Source: an uncultured archaeon
Lineage (GTDB): Archaea > Aenigmatarchaeota > Aenigmatarchaeia > Aenigmatarchaeales > Aenigmatarchaeaceae
Direction: 5' to 3'
Assembly (NCBI GenBank): GCA_964608725.1
Contig: CAZSPB010000001.1
Location: 43,696-107,695, forward strand
Length of the DNA stretch: 64,000 nucleotides
Of the stretch, positions 55,625 to 64,000 are shown piece by piece. The position numbers were made by a program, and so were the translations under genes. Position 1 is the first letter of the stretch; every line of letters begins with the position of its first letter. The notes under the pieces are model-generated. The model made no database searches, was not told the origin of the DNA, and was given only the letters and a program-made list of their open reading frames with translations.

Positions 55625-56179
55625 TCATAACTTTGGTATTTCAGTCTCATAAATTATTCTATCTTCTTTAATTTTCATCTTACCCTTATTATTAGTTCTT
55701 ATCCTTTTAAAACCAATTTTGAAGTACTTACCATCATTTTTGAAATACAAAAAAGTTTTATCAATTTGTGTGCTCCAGCCACTATAGCTCCCACTGGAAG
55801 GATTGGAAGGACAAGAGTAAACCATAACAGAATCTTCACCAGGTTTTTCAAATCTTTTGTCTATGAGACTTTCAACCTCTTTTTTAATTTTGTTAATTCC
55901 TTTATCTTTACCATGGTAAGAAGTTGAAATAACAATATTAGCTTGATTTTTCGCTTCCATTTTTCTAATTTCAAAAAGCTTTCTTCTTGCTTTCACATCT
56001 GCAAATCTAAGAAGCCTGTTTGGTATCTCATTAGCAAACTTAATAAGGTTTTCATCTTTTCCAAAATCAACTACACCATCCTTTTCTATTTTATCTGCAA
56101 TTTCTCTTAGCCATCTAGCTACGTATGCTCTCCTTAATAAAGAAATTTCACTCTCATCTTTGAGTAAACTTTTTTGCAT
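55625..56179 (-). CDS. Hypothetical protein (184 aa)
   Basis: ORF track only. Confidence 0.35.
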   Translation of the reverse strand: MQKSLLKDESEISLLRRAYVARWLREIADKIEKDGVVDFGKDENLIKFANEIPNRLLRFADVKARRKLFEIRKMEAKNQANIVISTSYHGKDKGINKIKKEVESLIDKRFEKPGEDSVMVYSCPSNPSSGSYSGWSTQIDKTFLYFKNDGKYFKIGFKRIRTNNKGKMKIKEDRIIYETEIPKL

Positions 56180-56216
56180 ATAAAAAGAAAGAATTCTAGA
56201 TTTATAAAATTTTCTA

Positions 56217-57152
56217 CTAAAGTTTCAAAAATTTATCTTTTAAAATATTGAGAAAATCTTTAGAAGATAAATAGCCTGAAACACTTGCTGCACAAGCAAC
56301 TTTATGCCCTCCACCTCCAAAGAATTTTGCGATTTTATAAACATTTTTATTAGTGTGAGTTCTAAGATCAACTCTAGTGAAAACCTTTCTATTTCTCATG
56401 TTTATCCTATGAGTTAAAATAGCTATAACATCAAAGGGTGCTTTTTCATGATTCAAAAGAGCGTTGTTGACGACATATACAGGAACACCTTCTGTAGTTT
56501 CATAAATTGCAATTTTCATACTGTCTATAGAAAACCATTTGAATTTTTGGCGGACTGTTTTCTTGATTTTTTCTATCCATTTTAAGTAATTTTGCATTAA
56601 TTCAGCAATTTTTTCATTTCTCTCAAATTCTTTTAAATCAGAAAAAGCAAGATTTTTAGCAAGATTTTTGAATTTATTGTTTAATATACTTGGAACTCTA
56701 TTTTTCCATCTCAAAGCACCAACAAGGTTTCTTAAAAATTCAGCATCTTCACTTTTAACATTATTTTTGTCTATTTCGTTAGCTAACCTAACTAACTCTG
56801 TATCTATGTTGAAATATTTTGCAACTAATTCTGCAGCACTGTCACTCCTAGTATTTACCAAAGCTTCAACATTTTTTGGTATATTTAATTCTGGCCAAAT
56901 ATGGTGGTCTATCCAACGAACATTTTTATAAACTGATGCCAAAATTAGTGTTTCTCTTTTTGCAGTTAAATCAAAAACATATAAGTTTTCAAGGTTATTT
57001 GCTTTCATTATTGAAAGACATAAGGTTTCTTTTAGCTTTGATAAGGGAGAAAAATAAACTCTACAATCCATACTTCCAATTTTCTTTAGAAATATAGAAA
57101 AACAAAGTATACCATCTGCATCTGCGTGTGTTATTACAGTAGGATACTTCAT
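56217..57152 (-). CDS. DHH-family phosphoesterase (NrnA/RecJ-like core with DHHA1)
   Basis: VITHADADG, the DHH motif (WIDHHIW), and C-terminal GGGGH (FFGGGGHKVA). Confidence 0.7.
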   Translation of the reverse strand: MKYPTVITHADADGILCFSIFLKKIGSMDCRVYFSPLSKLKETLCLSIMKANNLENLYVFDLTAKRETLILASVYKNVRWIDHHIWPELNIPKNVEALVNTRSDSAAELVAKYFNIDTELVRLANEIDKNNVKSEDAEFLRNLVGALRWKNRVPSILNNKFKNLAKNLAFSDLKEFERNEKIAELMQNYLKWIEKIKKTVRQKFKWFSIDSMKIAIYETTEGVPVYVVNNALLNHEKAPFDVIAILTHRINMRNRKVFTRVDLRTHTNKNVYKIAKFFGGGGHKVACAASVSGYLSSKDFLNILKDKFLKL

Positions 57153-59743
57153 AATAGTTCACTTACTTTCTTAAAGGCTTCTTTCCCTTTTTCTTTTAGT
57201 GGGCCACCCCCTTTATACTCATTGCCTTTACCACCTGCTGAACCACCCATGATTTTTGCTATTTCTTTCACTATAGGTTCTATATTAACATTACATTTTT
57301 CTCCTCTTATCCCGAATACTATACCCCTTCCTATGAGAATAGAATATTTTGTTGGGTCTTCTTTAATACTTTCTTTTCCTATAATTTCTAGTTCTTTCAT
57401 ATCCTCGGTTTCTATGTAGTTAATTCCAAATAATCTTATTCTTTTTTTCTTCAACAATCTAATTTTTTCCTTTTCTTCTTTGATTCTTAACAATTTTCTT
57501 TTTAATATCTCTTTCTTCTCTCTTTCTTTTTCCTCTTTCTCTCTTTTAGCTTTTTCAACTAATTCTTTACCAGCAACGTATTCTATCCTTATTACACCAT
57601 CTTGTATTTTCTTAGAATCTGTGATGAATATCTCTTCTACTTCTTTGGTGTTGTCAACATGTAAGCCACCACAAGCTTCTACATCCCATTCATTAATAGC
57701 AATGATTCTTAATTCTTTCCCAGGAATAGCACCACCTTGGTATAATCTGAAGCCGTATTTTCTTTCAGCTAAATTTCTGGGAAGAATAAGTTTTTTCACA
57801 ACAACCCCTCTTTTTACTATATCATTTGCAATTTTTTCTATATTTTTCAATTCTTCATTAGTTAATGGATTATAGTGAGTTATATCAAGATGAGCTTTAT
57901 CATAATCTTTCTTACTTCCTGCTTGCCACACATGATTTCCTAGAACTCTTCTAGCGGCACCATTGATTATATGTGTAGCAGTATGATGTTTTTTTATTTG
58001 CTCTCTCCTTTTTTTATCAACAACACAATTTACAATATCGTTAACTTTAAAGTTTGGATTTTCAACTTTATGAATTATTACACCATTTAACATTTCAACA
58101 TCGTAAACTCTACAACCTTCAATGGTTCCCAAATCTGGTTCTTGTCCTCCACCTCTAGGATAAAATGCTGTTTGATCTAAAATCACATTTTCATTCTCAA
58201 TTTTTATAACCTTAGCCTTAAAATTGAAAAGTTTCTCATTTTCATAATAAAGCTTTCTAGTTTTTGTTAAATTTGAAATATCAACTTCCTTAATTTTTTC
58301 CTTAGCTTTGACAATAGATTTTTGAACAGCTATCCTAGTTTCTATATCAGTTAAATCAAGTTTTATTTCAGGAATAAATCTTTTTACATCTCTTGGTAAT
58401 AAACCATGAGAATCGTAGAGCATAATCAAAATTTTTCTATCAACTTTCTTTTTTCCTTTTAACAATTTTTTTAAAATAAATTTTCCTCTTTTTAACGATT
58501 CCAAATATTTCTTTTCTTCTATCTCAACCATTTTCAATATATCAGTTTTATTTTCTTCGAATTCAGGATAAACATCTTTACTCTCTTCTATTTGCATTTC
58601 AACTATTTCAGAAAGAGGAATTTTTAACTCAAGATCTTGTAGGTTCCTTATACTTCTTCTTATAAGTAGTCTTGCAAGATATCCTTCCCTAACATTTGAA
58701 GGTACTACTCCATCACCCAAGATAAACATTATAGCTTTTGTATGATCTGCTATTTGATAAATTTTATGGAAAAAAAGTATTTGCTTCAAAATTTCTTCTT
58801 TTCTTTTTCCAAGTTTTTTTGATATTTCTTCTATGATTTTATTTCTAAGCAATTCCACGTTTCTTTTTATTTCCAATTTTCCACAAACTTTACAAAATTC
58901 AGAGAGTATCTCCTTTTCAACATTTTTTTCTTTTTTCAAAAAATTTATTATACTTTCATAAATGTTATCATATATAGTTGGTGTGCCTTGAGATGCCCAT
59001 ACATGTCTTTCTAAACCATAACCTGTATCTACAACTTTCATTTCCATTTTTTTATACTTTCCTTTAAAAGGGCCTTCATATTCCATAAAGACTAGGGTAG
59101 CAAGTTCATTACCATCTACTATAACCTCAAAACATGGGCCTGCGTTACCTCCACCTTCCCACCAACTCTCTTTGAAAGCAACTTTTTCTGGTTTTATTCC
59201 CAGACTTTCTGTTAACCATCTGTAACATAAATCAACAGTTTCATCTTTCCAATAAATTTTTTTCTCATTGTTAAATGCATGGTGAGCCATCATTTCAAAA
59301 ACTGTTAAATGTCTTCCTGTTCCTAGGCCAACATTATCTAAATCAACAAATCTTAAAGAAGGTTGACTCATGACTAAAGGGTTGGCTGGTGGTTCAACAG
59401 TTCTATTTAATACCCATGGCATGAAACAGTAAATTGATGCTCCTGTATAAAAAGTGTCTGGTTTCCACCTTGCTATAGTTGGATACCTGTTTATTGGTTG
59501 ATGCCCATTTTTTTGAAACCATTTAATGTATTTTTCTCTTAATTCTTTCCAATTGTATTTCTTTGGAATTGTGGGATTATTAATAAATCGATAAATATCA
59601 CAGGGTGGTTCACCACAGTTTTCTCTCTCTTTCAATGACCAAAAAAATGAACCACAACTTTCGCATTTATATCTTTTAAAATTATTTTCTTTAAAGAAAT
59701 CTAATTCGAATATACTTGCCTTTAATATATCTTTCTTTAGCAT
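57149..59743 (-). CDS. alaS: Alanyl-tRNA synthetase
   Basis: 864 aa. Class II catalytic core, editing-domain HxxxH (HHTATHIING), zinc-binding Cys, and a C-terminal GG-rich DHHA1-like end. Confidence 0.9.
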   Translation of the reverse strand: MLKKDILKASIFELDFFKENNFKRYKCESCGSFFWSLKERENCGEPPCDIYRFINNPTIPKKYNWKELREKYIKWFQKNGHQPINRYPTIARWKPDTFYTGASIYCFMPWVLNRTVEPPANPLVMSQPSLRFVDLDNVGLGTGRHLTVFEMMAHHAFNNEKKIYWKDETVDLCYRWLTESLGIKPEKVAFKESWWEGGGNAGPCFEVIVDGNELATLVFMEYEGPFKGKYKKMEMKVVDTGYGLERHVWASQGTPTIYDNIYESIINFLKKEKNVEKEILSEFCKVCGKLEIKRNVELLRNKIIEEISKKLGKRKEEILKQILFFHKIYQIADHTKAIMFILGDGVVPSNVREGYLARLLIRRSIRNLQDLELKIPLSEIVEMQIEESKDVYPEFEENKTDILKMVEIEEKKYLESLKRGKFILKKLLKGKKKVDRKILIMLYDSHGLLPRDVKRFIPEIKLDLTDIETRIAVQKSIVKAKEKIKEVDISNLTKTRKLYYENEKLFNFKAKVIKIENENVILDQTAFYPRGGGQEPDLGTIEGCRVYDVEMLNGVIIHKVENPNFKVNDIVNCVVDKKRREQIKKHHTATHIINGAARRVLGNHVWQAGSKKDYDKAHLDITHYNPLTNEELKNIEKIANDIVKRGVVVKKLILPRNLAERKYGFRLYQGGAIPGKELRIIAINEWDVEACGGLHVDNTKEVEEIFITDSKKIQDGVIRIEYVAGKELVEKAKREKEEKEREKKEILKRKLLRIKEEKEKIRLLKKKRIRLFGINYIETEDMKELEIIGKESIKEDPTKYSILIGRGIVFGIRGEKCNVNIEPIVKEIAKIMGGSAGGKGNEYKGGGPLKEKGKEAFKKVSELL

Positions 59744-59800
59744 AAGTATCTAATATAATTAGAAATACAAAAAACTTTCTTTTAAAAGAAAATTAAGCCG

Positions 59801-61279
59801 TTATTTTGCTGGTTTCTTGAACCACAACTCCCAAACTATGATTATAACTGCTGCAACAGCTATGATAACAACACCTAACTGTAAAAAGTTTTTAGTTGCA
59901 ATCAAAGTACCAGTAGGTGCGGTAGAAACTTCAACTGATACTTCTTTTGTTGCTGTTATTCCTTCTTTTGAAGAGCTTGTAAATGTTATTGTTTTACTTT
60001 CTGTTTCGTTTTCTGGTAAAGTCATTACTACTAGAAAATCTTTTGAATCATTAGGTGCTATATCAACTGAAGGCGGATAAATTTCTATCCAATCTCGAGG
60101 CACACCTTCAAAAGATATTGCCACTTCACTTAATTCAACATTTCCTATATTTGAAACTGTTAAGATGAAAGTTTCATTTTCCCCAGGAGAAATTGTTATT
60201 GAATCAGGACCACTAAAGCTCATGTTTGCTATTTCAACTTCTTTTGGTACCTCAACTTTAACACCAGTTTTTACTCTTAACGTTGCACCATCAACTAAAC
60301 TTTTACCATTATATTCGTATATCGCTGTAACAGTCCATAAACCTTCATTCCCAGGCGTGTAAATATTTGCATCCCAGGTACCATCAGCTTCTTCATCGAT
60401 GCCAAACTTGCTTTTTTCAGTAACATCAAATAAATTGTCATACTTATCTTTTGCTATAACTGTAAATTCTATCGTTTCATTTGTTAAAATTTCTTTGTTA
60501 TCTGGGGAAATTTCAATGGCAGTAGGTTCTGATGGTATTACTTTTACTTCAAAACTTTCACTCACTTTTAATTTTTCATCTGAAATTGTAATTGTCTGGT
60601 TTCCTGCAGTTTTAAGTTTTATGTGAAAACTTTTTGTCCCAGAATCTTCTTTTTCAAAGGTATAATCTTTTGGTAAAATCGCTCTTTCATCTGTTGAAGA
60701 GAAGGTTACAGTTCCAGTGTAATCAGTTTTTACTTTACCAAACTTATCATATACTTTTACTGCAATGTTAAAAGCTTCGCCAGCTTTAACTTCCTTTGGA
60801 GCTGTTATTTTAAAATAGCCTAATGGAGCTAAAGTTGCTTCAGAAGTTATAGTTGTAACAAAAGCTTCACCTTCTTTATCAAAAGTTGTCACTTTCCATT
60901 CATACTTTCCAACTTCTTTTGGGGCCTCTGCTGTAAAGCCAAAATCTAATGAAGAGTCCTTTTCAATTCCTGTCCCTTCTGTAATCCATGTAATTTTATA
61001 AGGATACGCTTGGCCTATTCTGCTTCTAATTTGATAAGTCCAACCAGCAGGACTAGAAATTTCTTTTATTTTGTACAGTGGGATGTTATCACTTTCAGGA
61101 ACTAGCACTTCTATTTTAACTATATTGCTTCCATCTAAGTTAGTAACTTTAAGTGTTATATCAGCATCTGTTCCGCAAGCCCATTCACTAGGAGTCATAG
61201 AAATATCTGCTTCATGAGAAGCAAGTACTAAAGTTACTGTAATAAGAAAAGCTGTTATTATTGCTAATTTTAATCTCAT
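59801..61279 (-). CDS. Cell-surface protein with N-terminal signal, multiple beta-rich (Ig-like) domains and C-terminal TM anchor
   Basis: Signal MRLKLAIITAFLITVTLVLA, Thr/Val/Glu-rich beta-repeat composition, and a C-terminal VVIIAVAAVIIIVWELWFKKPAK. Confidence 0.55.
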   Translation of the reverse strand: MRLKLAIITAFLITVTLVLASHEADISMTPSEWACGTDADITLKVTNLDGSNIVKIEVLVPESDNIPLYKIKEISSPAGWTYQIRSRIGQAYPYKITWITEGTGIEKDSSLDFGFTAEAPKEVGKYEWKVTTFDKEGEAFVTTITSEATLAPLGYFKITAPKEVKAGEAFNIAVKVYDKFGKVKTDYTGTVTFSSTDERAILPKDYTFEKEDSGTKSFHIKLKTAGNQTITISDEKLKVSESFEVKVIPSEPTAIEISPDNKEILTNETIEFTVIAKDKYDNLFDVTEKSKFGIDEEADGTWDANIYTPGNEGLWTVTAIYEYNGKSLVDGATLRVKTGVKVEVPKEVEIANMSFSGPDSITISPGENETFILTVSNIGNVELSEVAISFEGVPRDWIEIYPPSVDIAPNDSKDFLVVMTLPENETESKTITFTSSSKEGITATKEVSVEVSTAPTGTLIATKNFLQLGVVIIAVAAVIIIVWELWFKKPAK

Positions 61280-61349
61280 AATAACTAATAATGATACTAA
61301 AAAATTTAAACTTTCAAAAACTTCTCAATGTAATGTTTACGTAATGTTT

Positions 61350-61646
61350 TTAACCAAAAAGACTTGCCAGGCCCTCTACAGCTTCTTCTGCCTTTTTCTC
61401 CTCTTCTTCTGCCTTTTTCTCTTCTTTCTTTTCTGGTTTTGCTTCTGCTGGGGCCGGAGCTGCAACGGGCATAGAAGCTTTACTTATAGCTTCTTCTATA
61501 TTTACATTTTCTAGTGCTGCTACTAACGCTTTCACCCTAGCCTGATCTATGCTAACTCCAAGCGCTGAAAATATTTTATTTATATTTTCTTCATTTATTG
61601 GTTGCTTCAAAGAATGAAGCAAGAGGGCACTATAAATTAATTCCAT
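61350..61646 (-). CDS. rpl12: Ribosomal stalk protein P1 (aL12)
   Basis: [12 protein letters not shown]..., Ala/Glu/Lys-rich hinge, and C-terminal GLASLFG. Confidence 0.85.
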   Translation of the reverse strand: MELIYSALLLHSLKQPINEENINKIFSALGVSIDQARVKALVAALENVNIEEAISKASMPVAAPAPAEAKPEKKEEKKAEEEEKKAEEAVEGLASLFG

Positions 61647-61756
61647 CTTTTACACCTCCATTTTTATAAGCATTATGATAATTTTTTATTTCCGAAATTT
61701 TTATTAAAATTACTTTTACAAGACTTTCAATTAATTCTTTTAACTTGTTATTCATT

Positions 61757-62590
61757 TTAACCACCAACTCTTTCTTTTAATGTTTCAGCTTCAATTTTTG
61801 CTTTAGCTAACAAATCTTCTATTACTCCAGGTTCTATTAATTTAGCTTCTATTCCTAAACTCTTAGCATTTAAAAATGCTTTAATTATCATAAAGTTAAT
61901 TGTCTCTTTAGTAGGATAATTAGAATTTAAAGATAAATTAAACGCATTTTGTACTCCTTTTGAAATTTTCATCAAAATTTCTTCTTCATTTACAAATAGT
62001 TGTTCTTTCGTGTAAATTGAACCATTTTCCATCATCGCTAGCACATTTAACCCAACTTCAATTGGTTTAATTTTGAGTAGTTGCAAAGCAGATGCTAACT
62101 CCAATGATATTTTTTCCCCAGCTTTGCAAACAACTTTATCCTTCATAATTGCTATTTTCCCTGCTTGAACTTTAGCTGGTATTCCAACTTTTGTTAAAGT
62201 TGAAATTGCTGGGCCAGGAGGTAAATCAGTAGAACCAGCTTTTACTTCTATATCTTTCGTTGCTATATCTCCAGGTTTTGCTGAAACGTAAGACTTCATC
62301 TTTTGTAAGAGAAGACAAAGTTTAAAAGGATTCATATTTGTTAAAATGAGAGCTGGATATTCTTTAACGTAGTTCTTTAAATTATCTTTTCCTACTTTTT
62401 CTAATGCGAATAGAATAGTGCTCTTTTTAGCAACTTTTATTAAAGCTTTATCTTTTAATTCTCTCTTCAATTTTTGTAAAGCAGAAGTTGGAGTTTTATG
62501 TAAGTTTAAAATGCCTATTACAGAATATTTTTTAATCAAGTTTGCTAATTCTTCAACTTTTTTTATTTTTTCAGGTTTAACTTTAGACAT
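61757..62590 (-). CDS. rplP0: Ribosomal protein P0 (uL10)
   Basis: 277 aa. N-terminal KPEKIKKVEELANLIKKY, and operon position between L1 and P1. Confidence 0.85.
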   Translation of the reverse strand: MSKVKPEKIKKVEELANLIKKYSVIGILNLHKTPTSALQKLKRELKDKALIKVAKKSTILFALEKVGKDNLKNYVKEYPALILTNMNPFKLCLLLQKMKSYVSAKPGDIATKDIEVKAGSTDLPPGPAISTLTKVGIPAKVQAGKIAIMKDKVVCKAGEKISLELASALQLLKIKPIEVGLNVLAMMENGSIYTKEQLFVNEEEILMKISKGVQNAFNLSLNSNYPTKETINFMIIKAFLNAKSLGIEAKLIEPGVIEDLLAKAKIEAETLKERVGG

Positions 62591-63233
62591 TTTTAACCCT
62601 CACACTTTTTCCCATAGTCAATTTTATGACAATATCTTTAATTTGCTCTTTACCTTTTGGCAAAAGTGAGATAATAGTGTTTAGTGCAGCTTCAATATTT
62701 TCTGCAACTTCTTCATCTTTCATATCTTCTGTACCGACAGGCAAATGTATTACAGGAGAATTTTTTAGCTGCACTCTAATAGTTTTCTTTTTCCTTTCAA
62801 CTACAGACTTTAAATCAACAGTTGGTGGAATTGGTGTTGGCATTAAATTTCTTGGTCCTAAGACTTGTCCTAAGAATCTACCTACTAAGGACATTAGCGG
62901 TGCTTCAGCCACAAAGTTTAAACATTTTTTTGCAATTTTTTTAACAGATTTTTTATCTTTTCCTAAACTTTCTATTTCATCTTTCCTTATTACTATCACA
63001 TCTTCTAAATTCTTTGCTTGAGGCAATAAAGTATCTGCAATAATTCCTATCGTAACTTTTTTACCTAGGCCATGAGGAAGGAAAATTTCAGCCTTTATTC
63101 TATTCTCTGGTTTTTTCAAATCTATATTTTTTAAGTTAATAGCAAGATCAAAAGTTTGTCTAAAATTTCTCTTCTTTGTATCTCTAGCTTTTTTAACTGC
63201 CTCTAGTATTTTTTCATTAACCATATAAAACAC
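62583..63233 (-). CDS. rpl1: Ribosomal protein uL1
   Basis: 216 aa. Conserved L1 segments (FDLAINLK..., GKSVRVKNV). Overlaps P0 by 8 nt. Confidence 0.85.
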   Translation of the reverse strand: MFYMVNEKILEAVKKARDTKKRNFRQTFDLAINLKNIDLKKPENRIKAEIFLPHGLGKKVTIGIIADTLLPQAKNLEDVIVIRKDEIESLGKDKKSVKKIAKKCLNFVAEAPLMSLVGRFLGQVLGPRNLMPTPIPPTVDLKSVVERKKKTIRVQLKNSPVIHLPVGTEDMKDEEVAENIEAALNTIISLLPKGKEQIKDIVIKLTMGKSVRVKNV

Positions 63234-63293
63234 TTGCGCACCATGCTACTGCCGAAGCAGTACTAAATACTTTGAAGAAATACATTTAAATAT

Positions 63294-63707
63294 TTATTCC
63301 CTAGATTCCAAAGTTTCTATTCTACTTTCTAATTCCTTTAAAGAATCAGCTAGTTTTCTTCCAAACTCATTCAAATTTTCCTCCAATTTTCTAGTTTTTT
63401 CATTTATCTCATTTAAAGTTTTTTCTGTACTTTCTTTCTGCTTTTTCATCTCACTTTTCATATTCATAAGTGAAAGCTCAGTGCTTATATTTCTTAATAT
63501 AATTGAGCAAAGCTTTTCTATGTTTTCTAATTTTGAAGTTAGTTTATCATTTTCTTTAACTTCTTTCTTTTCCAAACTCATTCCAAGAATTATTAAGTTT
63601 AAAGTTAGCAAAACTATTACGATCTCAGAAGAAAATTTTACTAATTGAAATGAGGCAATAAGTATTGTTATTACTATTAAAATCCAGAAAATCACTTTAT
63701 AGTTCAT
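63294..63707 (-). CDS. Membrane-anchored coiled-coil protein
   Basis: Two N-terminal TM helices, then heptad-rich charged sequence. Confidence 0.35.
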   Translation of the reverse strand: MNYKVIFWILIVITILIASFQLVKFSSEIVIVLLTLNLIILGMSLEKKEVKENDKLTSKLENIEKLCSIILRNISTELSLMNMKSEMKKQKESTEKTLNEINEKTRKLEENLNEFGRKLADSLKELESRIETLESRE

Positions 63708-63739
63708 GAAAATATTCTCTCGCTAAATAATTAATTGTT

Positions 63740-64000
63740 TTAGCTTTTCTTCCTTTTAAATAGATTTATTACTTTACTCCAAAACGTTGGCCTCTTGTAA
63801 GTAGCACCAACGAGCCTAGCGGCAATTTCAAAGAATGCTTGACTTGCTGGAGAGTTTTCTTTTAAAATTGTTACTAATGTTTTTTTATTTACGCTTTTTA
63901 ACACATTTTCATCTTCAGGAACAATGCCAATTATTGGGAGGCCTGTGAACTCTCTTATTTCAGTAGAATTTATTTCATATGGTTTATTTCTTGTTCTGTT
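63740..64000 (-). CDS. minD: MinD/ParA-family ATPase, C-terminal part; the N-terminus lies beyond the window end
   Basis: Hand translation of the minus strand gives ...GLPIIGIVPEDENVLKSVNKKTLVTILKENSPASQAFFEIAARLVG...*, typical of an archaeal MinD C-terminus. Stop at 63740-63742. Confidence 0.5.
   Translation of the reverse strand, partial: NRTRNKPYEINSTEIREFTGLPIIGIVPEDENVLKSVNKKTLVTILKENSPASQAFFEIAARLVGATYKRPTFWSKVINLFKRKKS

Noticed and set aside
1-64000. CRISPR arrays, rRNA genes, transposases/integrases
   Set aside because: No regularly spaced direct repeats with unique spacers were seen. No long GC-rich rRNA-like stretch and no recognisable transposase or integrase motif among the ORFs. 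The only repeat array, at 23.7-24.1 kb, has non-uniform spacing and palindromic units, unlike CRISPR.

Overview
The window is AT-rich (roughly 30% GC by eye) and gene-dense. Its gene content indicates an archaeon: archaeal histone, RadA, Orc1/Cdc6, family-B DNA polymerase, TFB, archaeal DnaG, RPA-like SSB, AlaRS, and the ribosomal stalk operon L1-P0-P1. A DPANN-type or other small-genome archaeon is a guess. Recognisable content includes two Orc1/Cdc6-type AAA+ initiator genes, a PolB gene preceded by a truncated DP1-like gene, and an nrdR-nrdJ (class II RNR) operon with NrdR-box palindromes. It also includes SecDF, a CbiMQO ECF transporter, TldD/PmbA, thioredoxin and thioredoxin reductase, a Trx-CcdA fusion, tRNA-Gln(CUG), and two clusters of FeS/cofactor-handling genes (MinD-ferredoxin ATPases with DUF123; ferredoxin, NifX-like, DUF5320-like and DUF134 genes). 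The strongest unexplained signal is a ~350 bp array of at least 12 palindromic TTCACGTGAA decamers spaced at helical-turn multiples, directly upstream of the second Orc1/Cdc6-like gene. This is most simply a non-canonical replication origin or iteron-controlled replicon. Other points are a TFB with a 270-aa N-terminal extension of 20-aa tandem repeats, and a TctA-like gene split by a frameshift at an A7 run. There is also an ATP-cone fused to an Mrr-like nuclease, and a palindromic hairpin motif found twice around a small winged-helix gene pair. No CRISPR array, rRNA or obvious transposase/integrase was seen.
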